Of a stretch of DNA of 56,623 bases, positions 1 through 9,541 are shown piece after piece (positions within the stretch are counted from its first letter, which is position 1; every line of letters begins with the position of its first letter). The position numbers were made by a program, and so were the translations under genes. Source of the DNA: an uncultured virus (IMG/VR IMGVR_UViG_3300030101_003884) (taxonomy: Duplodnaviria > Heunggongvirae > Uroviricota > Caudoviricetes); the IMG/VR virus record IMGVR_UViG_3300030101_003884. The stretch is one strand, 5' to 3'. Below the pieces are notes generated by a model that was not told the DNA's origin, searched no databases, and was given only the letters and a program-made list of their open reading frames with translations.

Positions 1-334
1 TTACATCTAGTTGCTGTTTAGATATTCCTGTTGTTGTAACACCAGTAGTGTTTGTAACAGAATAGTTCTTGTACAAATCTGCTCTAGTGAAAGCCGCGTC
101 AGCATCAACTAAGAATACTGCATCTGGATCGTCTATGACGAATGCAGTAATATCGCTAGCAGCAATGCCACCAGGATAAAANNNNNNNNNNCCTAATGGT
201 TCAACCATTTCTCCTTGGAAAATCGCGTCACTGTATCCTGATGCAATCGTATATCTGTTTTGAGCTCCAGCTAAAGGTGTACCGTCTAGTTTTCTGTATG
301 GTCTTAGACCAAACTTTTCTTCGACATTAGCCAT
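1..334 (-). CDS. Partial structural protein, probably capsid decoration/minor capsid protein (runs off left end, contains N gap)
   Basis: Manual translation from ATG 334: MANVEEKFGLRPYRKLDGTPLAGAQNRYTIASGYSDAIFQGEMVEP..., resumes after gap as YPGGIAASDITAFVIDDPDAVFLVDADAAF...; GGAGA RBS upstream; lies between scaffold region and MCP. Confidence 0.7.
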   Translation of the reverse strand, partial: MANVEEKFGLRPYRKLDGTPLAGAQNRYTIASGYSDAIFQGEMVEPLXXXXFYPGGIAASDITAFVIDDPDAVFLVDADAAFTRADLYKNYSVTNTTGVTTTGISKQQLDV

Positions 335-392
335 AGTTGTTTCTCCTTATTATTATTAATCCAAGCTACATCGGGTAGGTAATGCAAAAAAA

Positions 393-839
393 TTATTTTT
401 TACGACTACCACCAAAGGTAACTCTAGACTGTCTATCAATATTGATAGGCATGTCCGGGTGTTGTTCCTTCATAAGATCCCGATCAATCGCGTCTGTTCT
501 GTCTTGAGTTATTTTTCTAAAATACTCAGCACGACTTTTCAATATCTCCTCCGGTATCCTTGCCAACACAAGGCCACCAATTCCGATTAAACCAGCATGT
601 TTACCTTCATAGATAACAGGATAATCATTTTCGCCTATCTCATTTAAAATGGTTTCGGCTTTAACAAATTCCCAACCTTCTCTAAGTTTTTTAGATACAT
701 TACCTGGATCATCAAAACCATTAGTAGAAGTTCTTATCCATCTGTGTGCATAACCTTGCGGCGCAGCTGGCGCATCCAAACTGGATGGTGGAGTCCAATC
801 TTTCTTTCTAGAAAGTTTTGTTCTAGATTCAGACTCGCG
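393..839 (-). CDS. Conserved head-module hypothetical protein (start lies in N gap 840-879)
   Basis: C-terminal part of ORF 393..1838 (WTPPSSLDAP...HRWIR...EGWE...GGLVLARIP), compositionally distinct from the upstream acidic coiled coil. Confidence 0.6.
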   Translation of the reverse strand, partial: RESESRTKLSRKKDWTPPSSLDAPAAPQGYAHRWIRTSTNGFDDPGNVSKKLREGWEFVKAETILNEIGENDYPVIYEGKHAGLIGIGGLVLARIPEEILKSRAEYFRKITQDRTDAIDRDLMKEQHPDMPINIDRQSRVTFGGSRKK

Positions 840-879
840 NNNNNNNNNNNNNNNNNNNNNNNNNNNNNNNNNNNNNNNN

Positions 880-1838
880 ACCCCTAATTTCTTAGCGATA
901 ACTACCTGTGATTTGGTGAGTTTCACAGACTTGCGTCCACCTGATCTTCTACTAACTGAAGCTACGTTTTGGACGGGTGTAGACTTAGTTTTTTCTTCTT
1001 GAGAAGAATCGGCAAATTTCTGAGGGAAATACTCCTTCATACGTTTGTTGATTTGATTATAGTATTCATCACTCTCCGCGTCAATTCCCTCCCCTAAAAG
1101 ATCTTCATGTATTCCCATAGCGGCTGAAGTTAAAACTCTATCACTGCCAAACCAGTCATTTTTTAATGCCCAATTTTGAGCTCTTTCACTAACTTGTGGT
1201 GTTGGTTGTTCTGTTGTTTTTTCAGCAGGTTGTGATTCTACTTCTTTTTTCTTTGACTCTTTATCTGCAAGTGTCATTGAAACTTTTTCTTTTTCTACAG
1301 CTAATTTTGTAAGCTTATCTTGTGCTTCCAAAATTTGATCTGTATCATTATTATCTAATGCACTTTTTAATTCAGATTTAGCTTTATCTCTTTCAGAATC
1401 AATTCTTGCATTATACTCTTTAAGATAATTAGTATCAGTATCTTCAAACTTTTTTTCAATACTTTCGTACTTATTTTTTAACCCTCTTGCATATTCAACT
1501 GCAGCTTTTTCTCTACGTTCAGCTTCTTTTGCTTGAAAAGTTAATTTTTTTATCCTTTTTTGAACTTTATCAGAATATTCAGCTAGACCTGGATCTTCTT
1601 CTTTTTGTTCAAAAGTAGGTTCAGGTTTTTCTTCTACTGATTCTTCTTTTTGTTCTTTTGTTTCTTGTAAAAGTTCTTTTGCAGTCTTTCCGCCAGTCAC
1701 ATCTGTATAACCAAGATCAACATCTTGTTTTTTTTCAAATGCTTCATTGGAAACTTCTGGAGCTTCTACATTTACTGTTTCTTCGTTTACGCCATCAGTA
1801 TCAATTTCTACTTCTGGACTTTTGTTTTCTTCAGCCAT
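880..1838 (-). CDS. Capsid scaffolding protein (end lies in N gap)
   Basis: Acidic coiled-coil protein ending VKLTKSQVVIAKKLG; GGAGG RBS; position upstream of capsid genes. Confidence 0.65.
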
Positions 1839-1848
1839 TTAGTCCTCC

Positions 1849-2301
1849 TTAATAATGGTGCAAAATATCATTTGGATCAGTAATAGTAGAAATGACTTCA
1901 TCATCATTTAATACTCTTACTTCTCCGCCTTCAATTTTGAATCTTGAACCTGCGTACCTACTAAAAATTATCCAATCATTTAGTTTGCACCATGGTCCTT
2001 TAGGAAATTTTTCTTTATCAAAATAACAAAGATCTCCCATTTTAAGCACAAGACCACATACAGTTGTCATTTGTATAGTTTCTTGTGTGGTATCAGATAA
2101 AATAATTCCACCTTTGGTTTTCTTTGGTCCTGCAAATGGCAAAACTAAAAGTCTATATCCAGTTGGTGTTGGTAGTTTATCTAATGTTGATTTATCGATC
2201 GCATTTGGATCTAGGACTGTTTCTATTTCTTCTTTAGCTTTATAAGCATCCAGAAGAGCTTCAGTCCGTTTCGGTGTCGCCGTGGACTTGTTCATCTTCA
2301 T
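1849..2301 (-). CDS. groES: Co-chaperonin GroES (Cpn10) with N-terminal extension
   Basis: PTGYRLLV, KTKGGIIL, FSRYAG, RVLNDDEVI motifs of Cpn10. Confidence 0.9.
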   Translation of the reverse strand: MKMNKSTATPKRTEALLDAYKAKEEIETVLDPNAIDKSTLDKLPTPTGYRLLVLPFAGPKKTKGGIILSDTTQETIQMTTVCGLVLKMGDLCYFDKEKFPKGPWCKLNDWIIFSRYAGSRFKIEGGEVRVLNDDEVISTITDPNDILHHY

Positions 2302-2479
2302 ACTCCGTTGTTGTCAGCAGGTCTTTAAGATCCTGTTGCAGGTCTTCTAAAGACCTGATTTGACCCCTAACATATTGTAGTTTCTCCATGGTGTCAACAC
2401 CATATATAGCGTGGTCTTTGAGTTGAAGAATTTTTTTCTTGATAGTTTTTTGAACTAATGAAATTGTTTCTATATCCAT
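2261..2479 (-). CDS. Hypothetical protein
   Basis: ORF, probable start MDIETIS; YVRGQIRSL motif typical of the small gene beside phage groES. Confidence 0.65.
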   Translation of the reverse strand: MDIETISLVQKTIKKKILQLKDHAIYGVDTMEKLQYVRGQIRSLEDLQQDLKDLLTTTEYEDEQVHGDTETD

Positions 2480-3081
2480 TAGATTCTTTCTAAACAAACT
2501 TTATGTTTGCCTTTTTCATTTATTTTAAAATCCCAATATGATATGGCAGCTCGAATTACTTCAAAATTACATAAATTATAGTCATCAATTACGATCCTTG
2601 AGCCTTTTCTTGATCTTTCGGCAAACCATAATGATTCGCGCAAAATATCTTTTGTTGTATGTGGTCCGTCTAAAAAAACAAAATCATATTTAATTTTACT
2701 CAAATTAAATATATCCATGTATTCAACATCAGTCATATTGTAAAATTTGAAATGTGGATTTGTAGCAAAATCTTTTACCATTTGATCTCTCATTTCATTA
2801 GAATACTTTGGTGCTTCAGATGTCCATTTGCCATCTCTTTTCCATTGTGGGTGATTATCAAAATGCTCGTATTCTAAATCACCATAAGGGTCTATTGCAT
2901 AATGTTGATAGTCAATTTTGCCGACTCTTTTTAAAATACTCATTATAATTATTTGAGAACCTAGACCTTCTCTTATTCCTACTTCACACGTAGTAACTGA
3001 TGTAGGTTTTTCAAAAAATGGTAATGTTTCACACCATTTTATCAAAAGTTCATATTCCGAACTGTCTCCACGAATGGTCAT
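2479..3081 (-). CDS. Class I SAM-dependent methyltransferase (Methyltransf_24-like)
   Basis: EVGIREGLGS motif I, AIDPY, DFVFLDGPH, IVIDDY. Confidence 0.8.
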   Translation of the reverse strand: MTIRGDSSEYELLIKWCETLPFFEKPTSVTTCEVGIREGLGSQIIIMSILKRVGKIDYQHYAIDPYGDLEYEHFDNHPQWKRDGKWTSEAPKYSNEMRDQMVKDFATNPHFKFYNMTDVEYMDIFNLSKIKYDFVFLDGPHTTKDILRESLWFAERSRKGSRIVIDDYNLCNFEVIRAAISYWDFKINEKGKHKVCLERI

Positions 3082-3102
3082 GATAAATTTATAGATTAAT
3101 AT

Positions 3103-3252
3103 CTATCTATTGCAATGAAATTTTTCTTTGATCTTAAGCTTTTTTATATCGCCTTTTGTAAGACCTGTTAAATCAACTTTTGGTTTAACTGAGTTAATTG
3201 TCGGTAAAACTACTTGCTTTGGAGTAAACAGTTTTTTTATCCATTTCCACAT
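3103..3252 (-). CDS. Small hypothetical protein (49 aa)
   Basis: Manual ORF MWKWIKKLFTPKQVV...FHCNR fills the gap between co-oriented genes. Confidence 0.55.
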   Translation of the reverse strand: MWKWIKKLFTPKQVVLPTINSVKPKVDLTGLTKGDIKKLKIKEKFHCNR

Positions 3253-3253
3253 T

Positions 3254-3604
3254 TTATGTCCTTACGTTAGTCGGTTTTGGTCCCACATTGGCAGCTGCCC
3301 GTTTCCTTGCAACGGCAGATCTTCTTTGGCCTTCTGACATTGATCTCGCTTTTGCAAGTGGGACACACTTCGGATACTTTCTCTTCGCATCTGCTTTTTG
3401 TTTTGATCTGCCACAAGGTGCGTAAGAACCATCTCCACGTTTGCTTCCAATATCTACCCATTTTTGTTTGAACCATTTTGTTAGTCCACCTTCTTTCATT
3501 TTTTTTGCAGATCCTGCTGGTACACAATTGGGAACCATTTTATTTCCCTTTTTTTTCATACCTGCTTGGACATAGCCTTCCCAACAAGTTCCACGTTTAT
3601 ACAT
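3254..3604 (-). CDS. Basic hypothetical protein
   Basis: CWEGY...MVPNCVP and GLTKWFKQKWVDI...YPKCVP motifs common in marine viruses. Confidence 0.75.
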   Translation of the reverse strand: MYKRGTCWEGYVQAGMKKKGNKMVPNCVPAGSAKKMKEGGLTKWFKQKWVDIGSKRGDGSYAPCGRSKQKADAKRKYPKCVPLAKARSMSEGQRRSAVARKRAAANVGPKPTNVRT

Positions 3605-4233
3605 TACATTAAATCTTTGTAATAGTCGGCCATACCACCGACTGATTTGCCTACAACAGTTTGTAAAGATTTTGCCTGAGCTTTATGTAGAGCTGATGCT
3701 TTCTTTAAACCTGTTATTACTTTTTTAATTTTTGCATCACCACCTTTATTTCTAGCAATAGGCATATTTTTTTGTATTATTAAAGGTGATTTTCTTCTGT
3801 TTTCAGGAGTAGTTCTAATGTTTTTTCGTTCATTTCTTTTTTGTTGTTTAAGTTCCCTTAATTCTCTTTTAGTATAAACTGGAGTTCCGTTATCATATGG
3901 ATTCTTTAATGGCATTCCGCCTGTATTCTTCTTTTCTACTTTTTCTGGTTTCTTTTTTCCAACACCAATTAAAATCATCAAAGCTCCTTTTTTAGCTTTC
4001 ATTAATCCTGATTTTTCTAATCTACCCATTCCTGATTGTGCTCCTGCAGTAACAGCCATACCAACTTTAGCACCCGCTGGTTTTGGTCCTCTAAAATCTT
4101 TTCTCTTTACACCAGATGGATCTTTAATTTTACCTGCACAAATTTTACTAGCATATGCGTTCGCGTATGCTGACGGATATACCTTGAATTTTCTTTTCGC
4201 GGCCGACTTACCTCTTGGACATAGTTTAGTCAT
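3604..4233 (-). CDS. Basic hypothetical protein
   Basis: MTKLCPRGK...YPSAYAN motif; Lys-rich; several xxGG motifs. Confidence 0.75.
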   Translation of the reverse strand: MTKLCPRGKSAAKRKFKVYPSAYANAYASKICAGKIKDPSGVKRKDFRGPKPAGAKVGMAVTAGAQSGMGRLEKSGLMKAKKGALMILIGVGKKKPEKVEKKNTGGMPLKNPYDNGTPVYTKRELRELKQQKRNERKNIRTTPENRRKSPLIIQKNMPIARNKGGDAKIKKVITGLKKASALHKAQAKSLQTVVGKSVGGMADYYKDLM

Positions 4234-4619
4234 TATTTTTTTCCTCCATTACGGAATATTTGTGTTCCCTTTATACCATATATTGATGCCACGACCAAGA
4301 TCCACAAATTAGTGAACCATGACGGGAGCTGCGAGAACATGTCGAAAAACAATTTTACCTTGTCCATGGCAGTCGGATCGTCCGATACCACTGCCCAGGC
4401 CAAAATCATGACGGGCGTTGAGAGAATTATCAAAACGGCCTCGTCCTTCCAATCTGATTGTCTAGCTTCTAATAATTTTCCCTGGTATTGTTCTTCACCT
4501 CGGGCCATCTTGGAGGCGTGCATGAGTTGTGCTTCAGACATTGCCATCTTTGTCTTTTGCTTATTCTCGTAAATTTTACTTCCTGCACTAACCGCTAATT
4601 TTATTGCACTTAACCACAT
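4233..4619 (-). CDS. Putative holin (3TM holin-like)
   Basis: SDWKDE motif followed by two hydrophobic helices, LPSWF...ASIYG. Confidence 0.65.
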   Translation of the reverse strand: MWLSAIKLAVSAGSKIYENKQKTKMAMSEAQLMHASKMARGEEQYQGKLLEARQSDWKDEAVLIILSTPVMILAWAVVSDDPTAMDKVKLFFDMFSQLPSWFTNLWILVVASIYGIKGTQIFRNGGKK

Positions 4620-4935
4620 TGTACTTGTCCTTCCTTCGTTGACACATATATTCTATCATTTTTCCAACAATTTCGAAAGCCCTCTTACCTGACATCTTCC
4701 ATTTCCAAGTTTGTTTCCAATTTGATTTACGAACTTTCACAGGTAATATTGAACCACCAAATAAATCTGAAAATCTTTGGATTATATCCTTATCACACAT
4801 CTCAACAGAACATTGAAATGATTTTCTACCACCACCTTTTCCCCAAATACCAAAACTTCCTTCTCCATCAAATAAACCAGCCAAGAAAATTATTTTATGA
4901 TTTTTTGGTAGATTTTCGTACAAGTTTTTTTGCAT
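4588..4935 (-). CDS. Single-motif LAGLIDADG homing endonuclease-like protein
   Basis: FLAGLFDGEGSF motif, followed by VEMCD...FGG...WKW pattern. Confidence 0.85.
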   Translation of the reverse strand: MQKNLYENLPKNHKIIFLAGLFDGEGSFGIWGKGGGRKSFQCSVEMCDKDIIQRFSDLFGGSILPVKVRKSNWKQTWKWKMSGKRAFEIVGKMIEYMCQRRKDKYNVVKCNKISG

Positions 4936-5047
4936 TTTTTGACCTAACTATTTTAATTCCTTGCGGATTTGGTCCTCTTTTAGGCGGTGGCCCAAATTTA
5001 ACTCCTCCACTAAGTCCTCTACGTTTGTTTTGTCTTTCTGATTGCAT
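4895..5047 (-). CDS. Small basic protein (50 aa)
   Basis: Manual ORF MQSERQNKRRGLSGGVKFGPPPKRGPNPQGIK...KKS. Confidence 0.6.
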   Translation of the reverse strand: MQSERQNKRRGLSGGVKFGPPPKRGPNPQGIKIVRSKNAKKLVRKSTKKS

Positions 5048-5321
5048 TTTTTCCTGCCTTAAATATTGAAGCTACTTGCATCTTACCCATAACTTTTGCC
5101 CTTTGTTCACCTACAGTCAAAATTTGTATCTTCCTTGCAAATGGTTTAGATATCTTTTTAACTTTTGCAACAGTCTTACGAGCATCAGTAGGAGTCGCAA
5201 ACTTAATTCCAACAGTATCTTTAGGATTCTCATCGGTGTATAGCCTCCTACCCGATCCTTTAGGTTTTTTTCCTGTTCCTATTTTTGGATCTTTATTTTT
5301 TCTCAAGTTTTTTCTCCGCAA
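5019..5321 (-). CDS. Basic hypothetical protein
   Basis: GTGKKPKGSGRRLYTDENPKDTV motif. Confidence 0.7.
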   Translation of the reverse strand: MRRKNLRKNKDPKIGTGKKPKGSGRRLYTDENPKDTVGIKFATPTDARKTVAKVKKISKPFARKIQILTVGEQRAKVMGKMQVASIFKAGKNAIRKTKQT

Positions 5322-7620
5322 TCTCTAATCTGTCGTCAGATTGTTGATCTTGTTGTGCAAGTCTATCATAATCAAACTCTAAACGCGCAGCAGCTCTTTG
5401 ATTTTCTTGATCTTGTCTAAATTTAGTCTCTTCGACTTTTCTTTGTAGGTCCATAGCTCTTAAATCTATTTCTTGTTGTTTAATTCTTACTAATGGATCT
5501 TGTTTTGCAGCATTTGCTTGCATTTCAGTCTGTGCAAGCTCTTGAGTTATTCTTGCAGCAGCTTTTGCAACTTCTCCTTCGAACATAATATTAAATTGTT
5601 CAGGATCAACTTGTGCCATTTGAGCCATTTCAGGTCTTTGCATTATCATAGCCTTCACTTCTGCTTTTGCTTTGAAAGAAATGTGATCAGATATATGTGA
5701 TTGCATTAAAGCATACACTTGTGGATTAATTTGAACCATTCTTGTAGCCATAAAAGCCATGTGAGCAGCAATATGTGCATCGTGATCTTGAAATTCAAAC
5801 GCAGTAAGTAGTTTCATTTGTAAAGCACGTGCATTTTCTTTAGCAGGATCTAATGGTTCAGGTTGTTTTGGTGGTGGTTTTAACAAAGCTTCAATTTGTT
5901 TTGTGCCTAAAGCCTCATACACACGTCTATAAGCTTCATGAATGTTGTGAATTGCAGGATTTGACTGTGCAATTTGCAATTGTGACTGTGCTAACGTAAC
6001 TCTTTGAGCCATAGACATAATATTTGGATCGGCTACAGGCAAGATATCGATCCTGTTGTCAAAATCTAACTGTTTAATTTCTCTTGGACCACCATAAACG
6101 TCATAAGGATACACAGGCGGTAGTGATTCACCACAAATTCTTGCTAAAATTTTAAATTCTAGACGCATTGCATAGTAACAACGCTTGTGAACACCACTCA
6201 TTACACGTGATCCACGTTCCATCATCGCCATTGTTGTACCAACAGCTCTATTTTGTAAGTCATTTCCTACATTTGAATCTGTTGTGTTAGCAAATTTTTG
6301 TCCTGCTTGTACAACAAAGCCCATTAAGTTGTACAAAGTTGGTGATGGCTCTGTAAATGGTAGGTTAAAAAACTGATCTCTAATGTTTCCACCAGGAGCA
6401 TCTACATCTCTAAACTCTCCAGGTTGAATAGGTTGATCATCATCTCTTACTCTCATACCTCTAGACTTAAATCCAGCAGGTAAATTTTTTAAAGTTCCTG
6501 CATCTATTAGTTGTCTTAAAGCTTGAGTAGCAGCTTGTGATAAACCACCTATCATGTGTGTTAAACCAAATCCATAAAAGCCTAAACCTGGTAAAAATTT
6601 ATAGTGAACAAAATATTCAACTCTTTGATAAGTTGGATCTTCAACTTTATAATTTCTATAAATAGATAATACTTCTCCAGAACCTTCATCGATTGTCACG
6701 ATGTAAGGTATTTTAATTTTTTTAGCTCTATCATCAAACTCTTCAAAATCATCAAGATTTAAATCGACATGCATTTCTAATATTGTGTGTAAGTAATCTG
6801 AACCTGTGCCTTTGATACCTTCAAGCTCGTTTAATTTTTTCTGTACTTGATCTGGTTCACTATTAGAATCTATTAAATTTATATCTCTGTAGAAACCTGC
6901 TGCCATTTTTTTTGTGACTTCGTTTTTAGTCATCTTAATAACATGAGTGATTCTCTCACAATCTTTTAGATCTGAAGCATAATAAGGAACTACTAGATCT
7001 TCAGCTGGTATAAATTTTGATACAGGTCTATCTAACATTGCATCAAAGTAAATTTTTTTAAATGTTGATCCTGATAATGGTAAATAGAATAACATTTGAT
7101 CCATATCAGTTGTGTAATCTTCCATTTCCTCCATCAACAAATAATTCATATAATCTTTAACTCTATCTGCTTGTTGTTCGGTGGCCGGTGTTACTGCACC
7201 TACAACTTGAGTTCTTACTGGTCCATCACTTGGCACTAATTCTTTATAAGCCTGTGCTTGAAATTGTGTGACAGATTCAGCTAATAAAGGATGAGTGACA
7301 CCGGATGCACCTTTAAAAGGTTTTGTGACTTCTTGATATTTAGTGCCTAATAAATCTAAACCTTTGATATAGGCATCTTCCCATTCTTTTCTTGAAGTTT
7401 TATCTTTTTTATATTCTTGAATAAGATCCATACCCATATCTTTAAGAGTACGTTCATCCATTCCCTCTGCAAGATTTGCGTTAAAATCATCTTGTGGTCT
7501 TTCTTCAACGACCTCTTCTTCACCCTCAATTTGTACATCAACAGGTAAACCCTCTGGTTGTTCCTGTTCTTCTTCAAAACCTTCTTGCAATTGTTCGGAT
7601 AATGTTTTTTCTACAGCCAT
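5293..7620 (-). CDS. Portal protein
   Basis: 775 aa, HPLLAESVTQFQA, LPLSGSTFKKIY, PGLGFYGFG, C-terminal coiled-coil barrel; downstream of TerL. Confidence 0.9.
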   Translation of the reverse strand: MAVEKTLSEQLQEGFEEEQEQPEGLPVDVQIEGEEEVVEERPQDDFNANLAEGMDERTLKDMGMDLIQEYKKDKTSRKEWEDAYIKGLDLLGTKYQEVTKPFKGASGVTHPLLAESVTQFQAQAYKELVPSDGPVRTQVVGAVTPATEQQADRVKDYMNYLLMEEMEDYTTDMDQMLFYLPLSGSTFKKIYFDAMLDRPVSKFIPAEDLVVPYYASDLKDCERITHVIKMTKNEVTKKMAAGFYRDINLIDSNSEPDQVQKKLNELEGIKGTGSDYLHTILEMHVDLNLDDFEEFDDRAKKIKIPYIVTIDEGSGEVLSIYRNYKVEDPTYQRVEYFVHYKFLPGLGFYGFGLTHMIGGLSQAATQALRQLIDAGTLKNLPAGFKSRGMRVRDDDQPIQPGEFRDVDAPGGNIRDQFFNLPFTEPSPTLYNLMGFVVQAGQKFANTTDSNVGNDLQNRAVGTTMAMMERGSRVMSGVHKRCYYAMRLEFKILARICGESLPPVYPYDVYGGPREIKQLDFDNRIDILPVADPNIMSMAQRVTLAQSQLQIAQSNPAIHNIHEAYRRVYEALGTKQIEALLKPPPKQPEPLDPAKENARALQMKLLTAFEFQDHDAHIAAHMAFMATRMVQINPQVYALMQSHISDHISFKAKAEVKAMIMQRPEMAQMAQVDPEQFNIMFEGEVAKAAARITQELAQTEMQANAAKQDPLVRIKQQEIDLRAMDLQRKVEETKFRQDQENQRAAARLEFDYDRLAQQDQQSDDRLEIAEKKLEKK

Positions 7621-7622
7621 AA

Positions 7623-9533
7623 TTAATTGTACCTTATTGGTTTAAACATATCTACTACAAGTCCGCCAAAAGCCTTGTAGGTTTTTTGTGTGCCTCTCAT
7701 TAGTGGGTTTACTTTAATAGCAAATGCATCAAAATACAAGGCAGGATTAGAAGAATCAATAAATGTATAACCAGAAACTTCATTTAAATTGGAATCTTCA
7801 TGATATATGCTTTTAATTTTTTTACCTCTTAATTTATGTTTATCAGGGTAAGAAAATTTATCTTCTCTAATTGATTTATAAGGTTTAGATGGATCAGATA
7901 GTGATATTTTTGTAGGACCGGCTTTTGAACCATATAATCTAGCAGCTCTTTTCATTAGATTTGGCATTACTGCTGAACCACTTTTATTAATTCCTTTACC
8001 AGTTGCATAGCCATAAAATCTTTCGTTACCAGCTTTATAGCCTTGACGGAAACTTAATTTGTCAAACGGGGCAACGGCTACATAATCAACATTCTCTCTA
8101 GCTGCTCTTTGCATTAAGTATTTTAATGCATGGTCTCCGTATTGATCTGCCTCAACCATAGGAAAATAATCTTTTGCATCAGTTGTTGACCTTTGACCTA
8201 ATTTAGATAATTGTTTTGTAGAGTTTGCTAATGCATTTGATATAGCTGTCACAAGATTATTATCTCCTTTAGCTAGAGCTTTTTCTAAATCTTGTGATAA
8301 TTTAAATCTTTCGTTTAACAATAGTTTTGTTTCTATATCTTTTTGAAAAGGATTAAATCTAAATTCATCTGACAACTGTTGTGCTTTTGATAATGATTTA
8401 GCAATATTTTGATTTACATCTGATTGTATTTCATTAATCATAAATACTTTTTTTCCATCTGGTGTAAATCTAGTATCAAATCTTACATGATAAATATTAT
8501 TTGTTTCTTTACCTAAAACATCTCCAAAGTGGCCACCTGTATTAAAAGGGTTTCTATTTGTTGGAATTGGTTCTGGTAGTGTCATAATAGTTTCTCTATA
8601 ATCTTTACCACCATCAAGTGTATAATTTCTTTCACCTCCATAATATGTTTTAGAATTTCTTAAAGGTGTCGCAGATTTATTTAATTCTGCTTCAGCTTGG
8701 TTTAATATAGCTTTGTCCTGTTCTCGCACATCAGGTCTAGCTTTAGCTCGTCTTAATGCATTTCTTAAATTTGCAAAAACCGCTGAACTTACGTCACCAT
8801 TTTTCATAGCCCCTAATTCATAAATAGCATCGTCAAAATTTTTAACTAAATCACTATCTGCTCTAAATTTATTTTTTAAGAGGTTAATTCTGTAAGTCAT
8901 ATTTGCGTGTGCCACATCAAAAGATTCTTTTGCTCCTTTTGGTGCTCCAAGTTCTACAGGTCTTAATCTATTTAATGGATTTAGTTTAATCATCGCACCA
9001 ATCTCATTCGCATTAAGTTTTAGACCAAACTTTTTAGCAGCAGCTAATAACCCTCCTGTAAGATCACCGGCTTCATTAAATACAGCTACATTGGTATCAA
9101 ACAATTCATCCTTTGAAATATTTACTTCTCTACCTACAAAGGGTCCTGAATCATATTTAAATTTTTTTTCAGATCGTTCTAATCTTGATGAGGGTCTTCC
9201 AAATACTTTAAAATTTACTTTTCGTGTTGAGGTTAAATGATCTAACCATTCATCTGCTGTGTAAGAGCCTCTTCCTTTTCTCATAACCCAATCATAAGTA
9301 GAAGAGCCAAATGAAGGTGAAATGTCATCACCCATTTGTAAAGGTTTAGTTTTTTTTAAAATAATGGGTGGGTTTTTTATTTCTCGTACAGCTAATTCTT
9401 GACCTTGAGCCTGTGATGGTTTTGGTTCGTAAGTAATTTGTTTTTGTTGTTGTCCGGTGGTCGGTGTTGCTGATTCTTTTTTACCACCAAGAATCCTACG
9501 TCCGATCCCTCGTAAAATGTTTTTAAGGGACAT
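7623..9533 (-). CDS. Large hypothetical protein with EIQSD motif (polyvalent-protein-like, probably virion-associated)
   Basis: HF...HVRFDTR...FMINEIQSD...GNERFY pattern; C-terminal AFGGLV. Confidence 0.6.
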   Translation of the reverse strand: MSLKNILRGIGRRILGGKKESATPTTGQQQKQITYEPKPSQAQGQELAVREIKNPPIILKKTKPLQMGDDISPSFGSSTYDWVMRKGRGSYTADEWLDHLTSTRKVNFKVFGRPSSRLERSEKKFKYDSGPFVGREVNISKDELFDTNVAVFNEAGDLTGGLLAAAKKFGLKLNANEIGAMIKLNPLNRLRPVELGAPKGAKESFDVAHANMTYRINLLKNKFRADSDLVKNFDDAIYELGAMKNGDVSSAVFANLRNALRRAKARPDVREQDKAILNQAEAELNKSATPLRNSKTYYGGERNYTLDGGKDYRETIMTLPEPIPTNRNPFNTGGHFGDVLGKETNNIYHVRFDTRFTPDGKKVFMINEIQSDVNQNIAKSLSKAQQLSDEFRFNPFQKDIETKLLLNERFKLSQDLEKALAKGDNNLVTAISNALANSTKQLSKLGQRSTTDAKDYFPMVEADQYGDHALKYLMQRAARENVDYVAVAPFDKLSFRQGYKAGNERFYGYATGKGINKSGSAVMPNLMKRAARLYGSKAGPTKISLSDPSKPYKSIREDKFSYPDKHKLRGKKIKSIYHEDSNLNEVSGYTFIDSSNPALYFDAFAIKVNPLMRGTQKTYKAFGGLVVDMFKPIRYN

Positions 9534-9541
9534 AGTCCCTC

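Noticed and set aside
393..1838. Single 481-aa ORF in the ORF track
   Set aside because: Fusion spans the N gap at 840-879; the two halves look like separate genes, so this is probably a scaffolding artefact rather than a real fusion
2264..2285. CG-rich patch at the groES start as a member of the heptad motif
   Set aside because: CG spacing is 5/6/3, not 7
4588..4935. Group I intron or intein around the LAGLIDADG ORF
   Set aside because: No interrupted host gene, no flanking non-coding core and no intein termini
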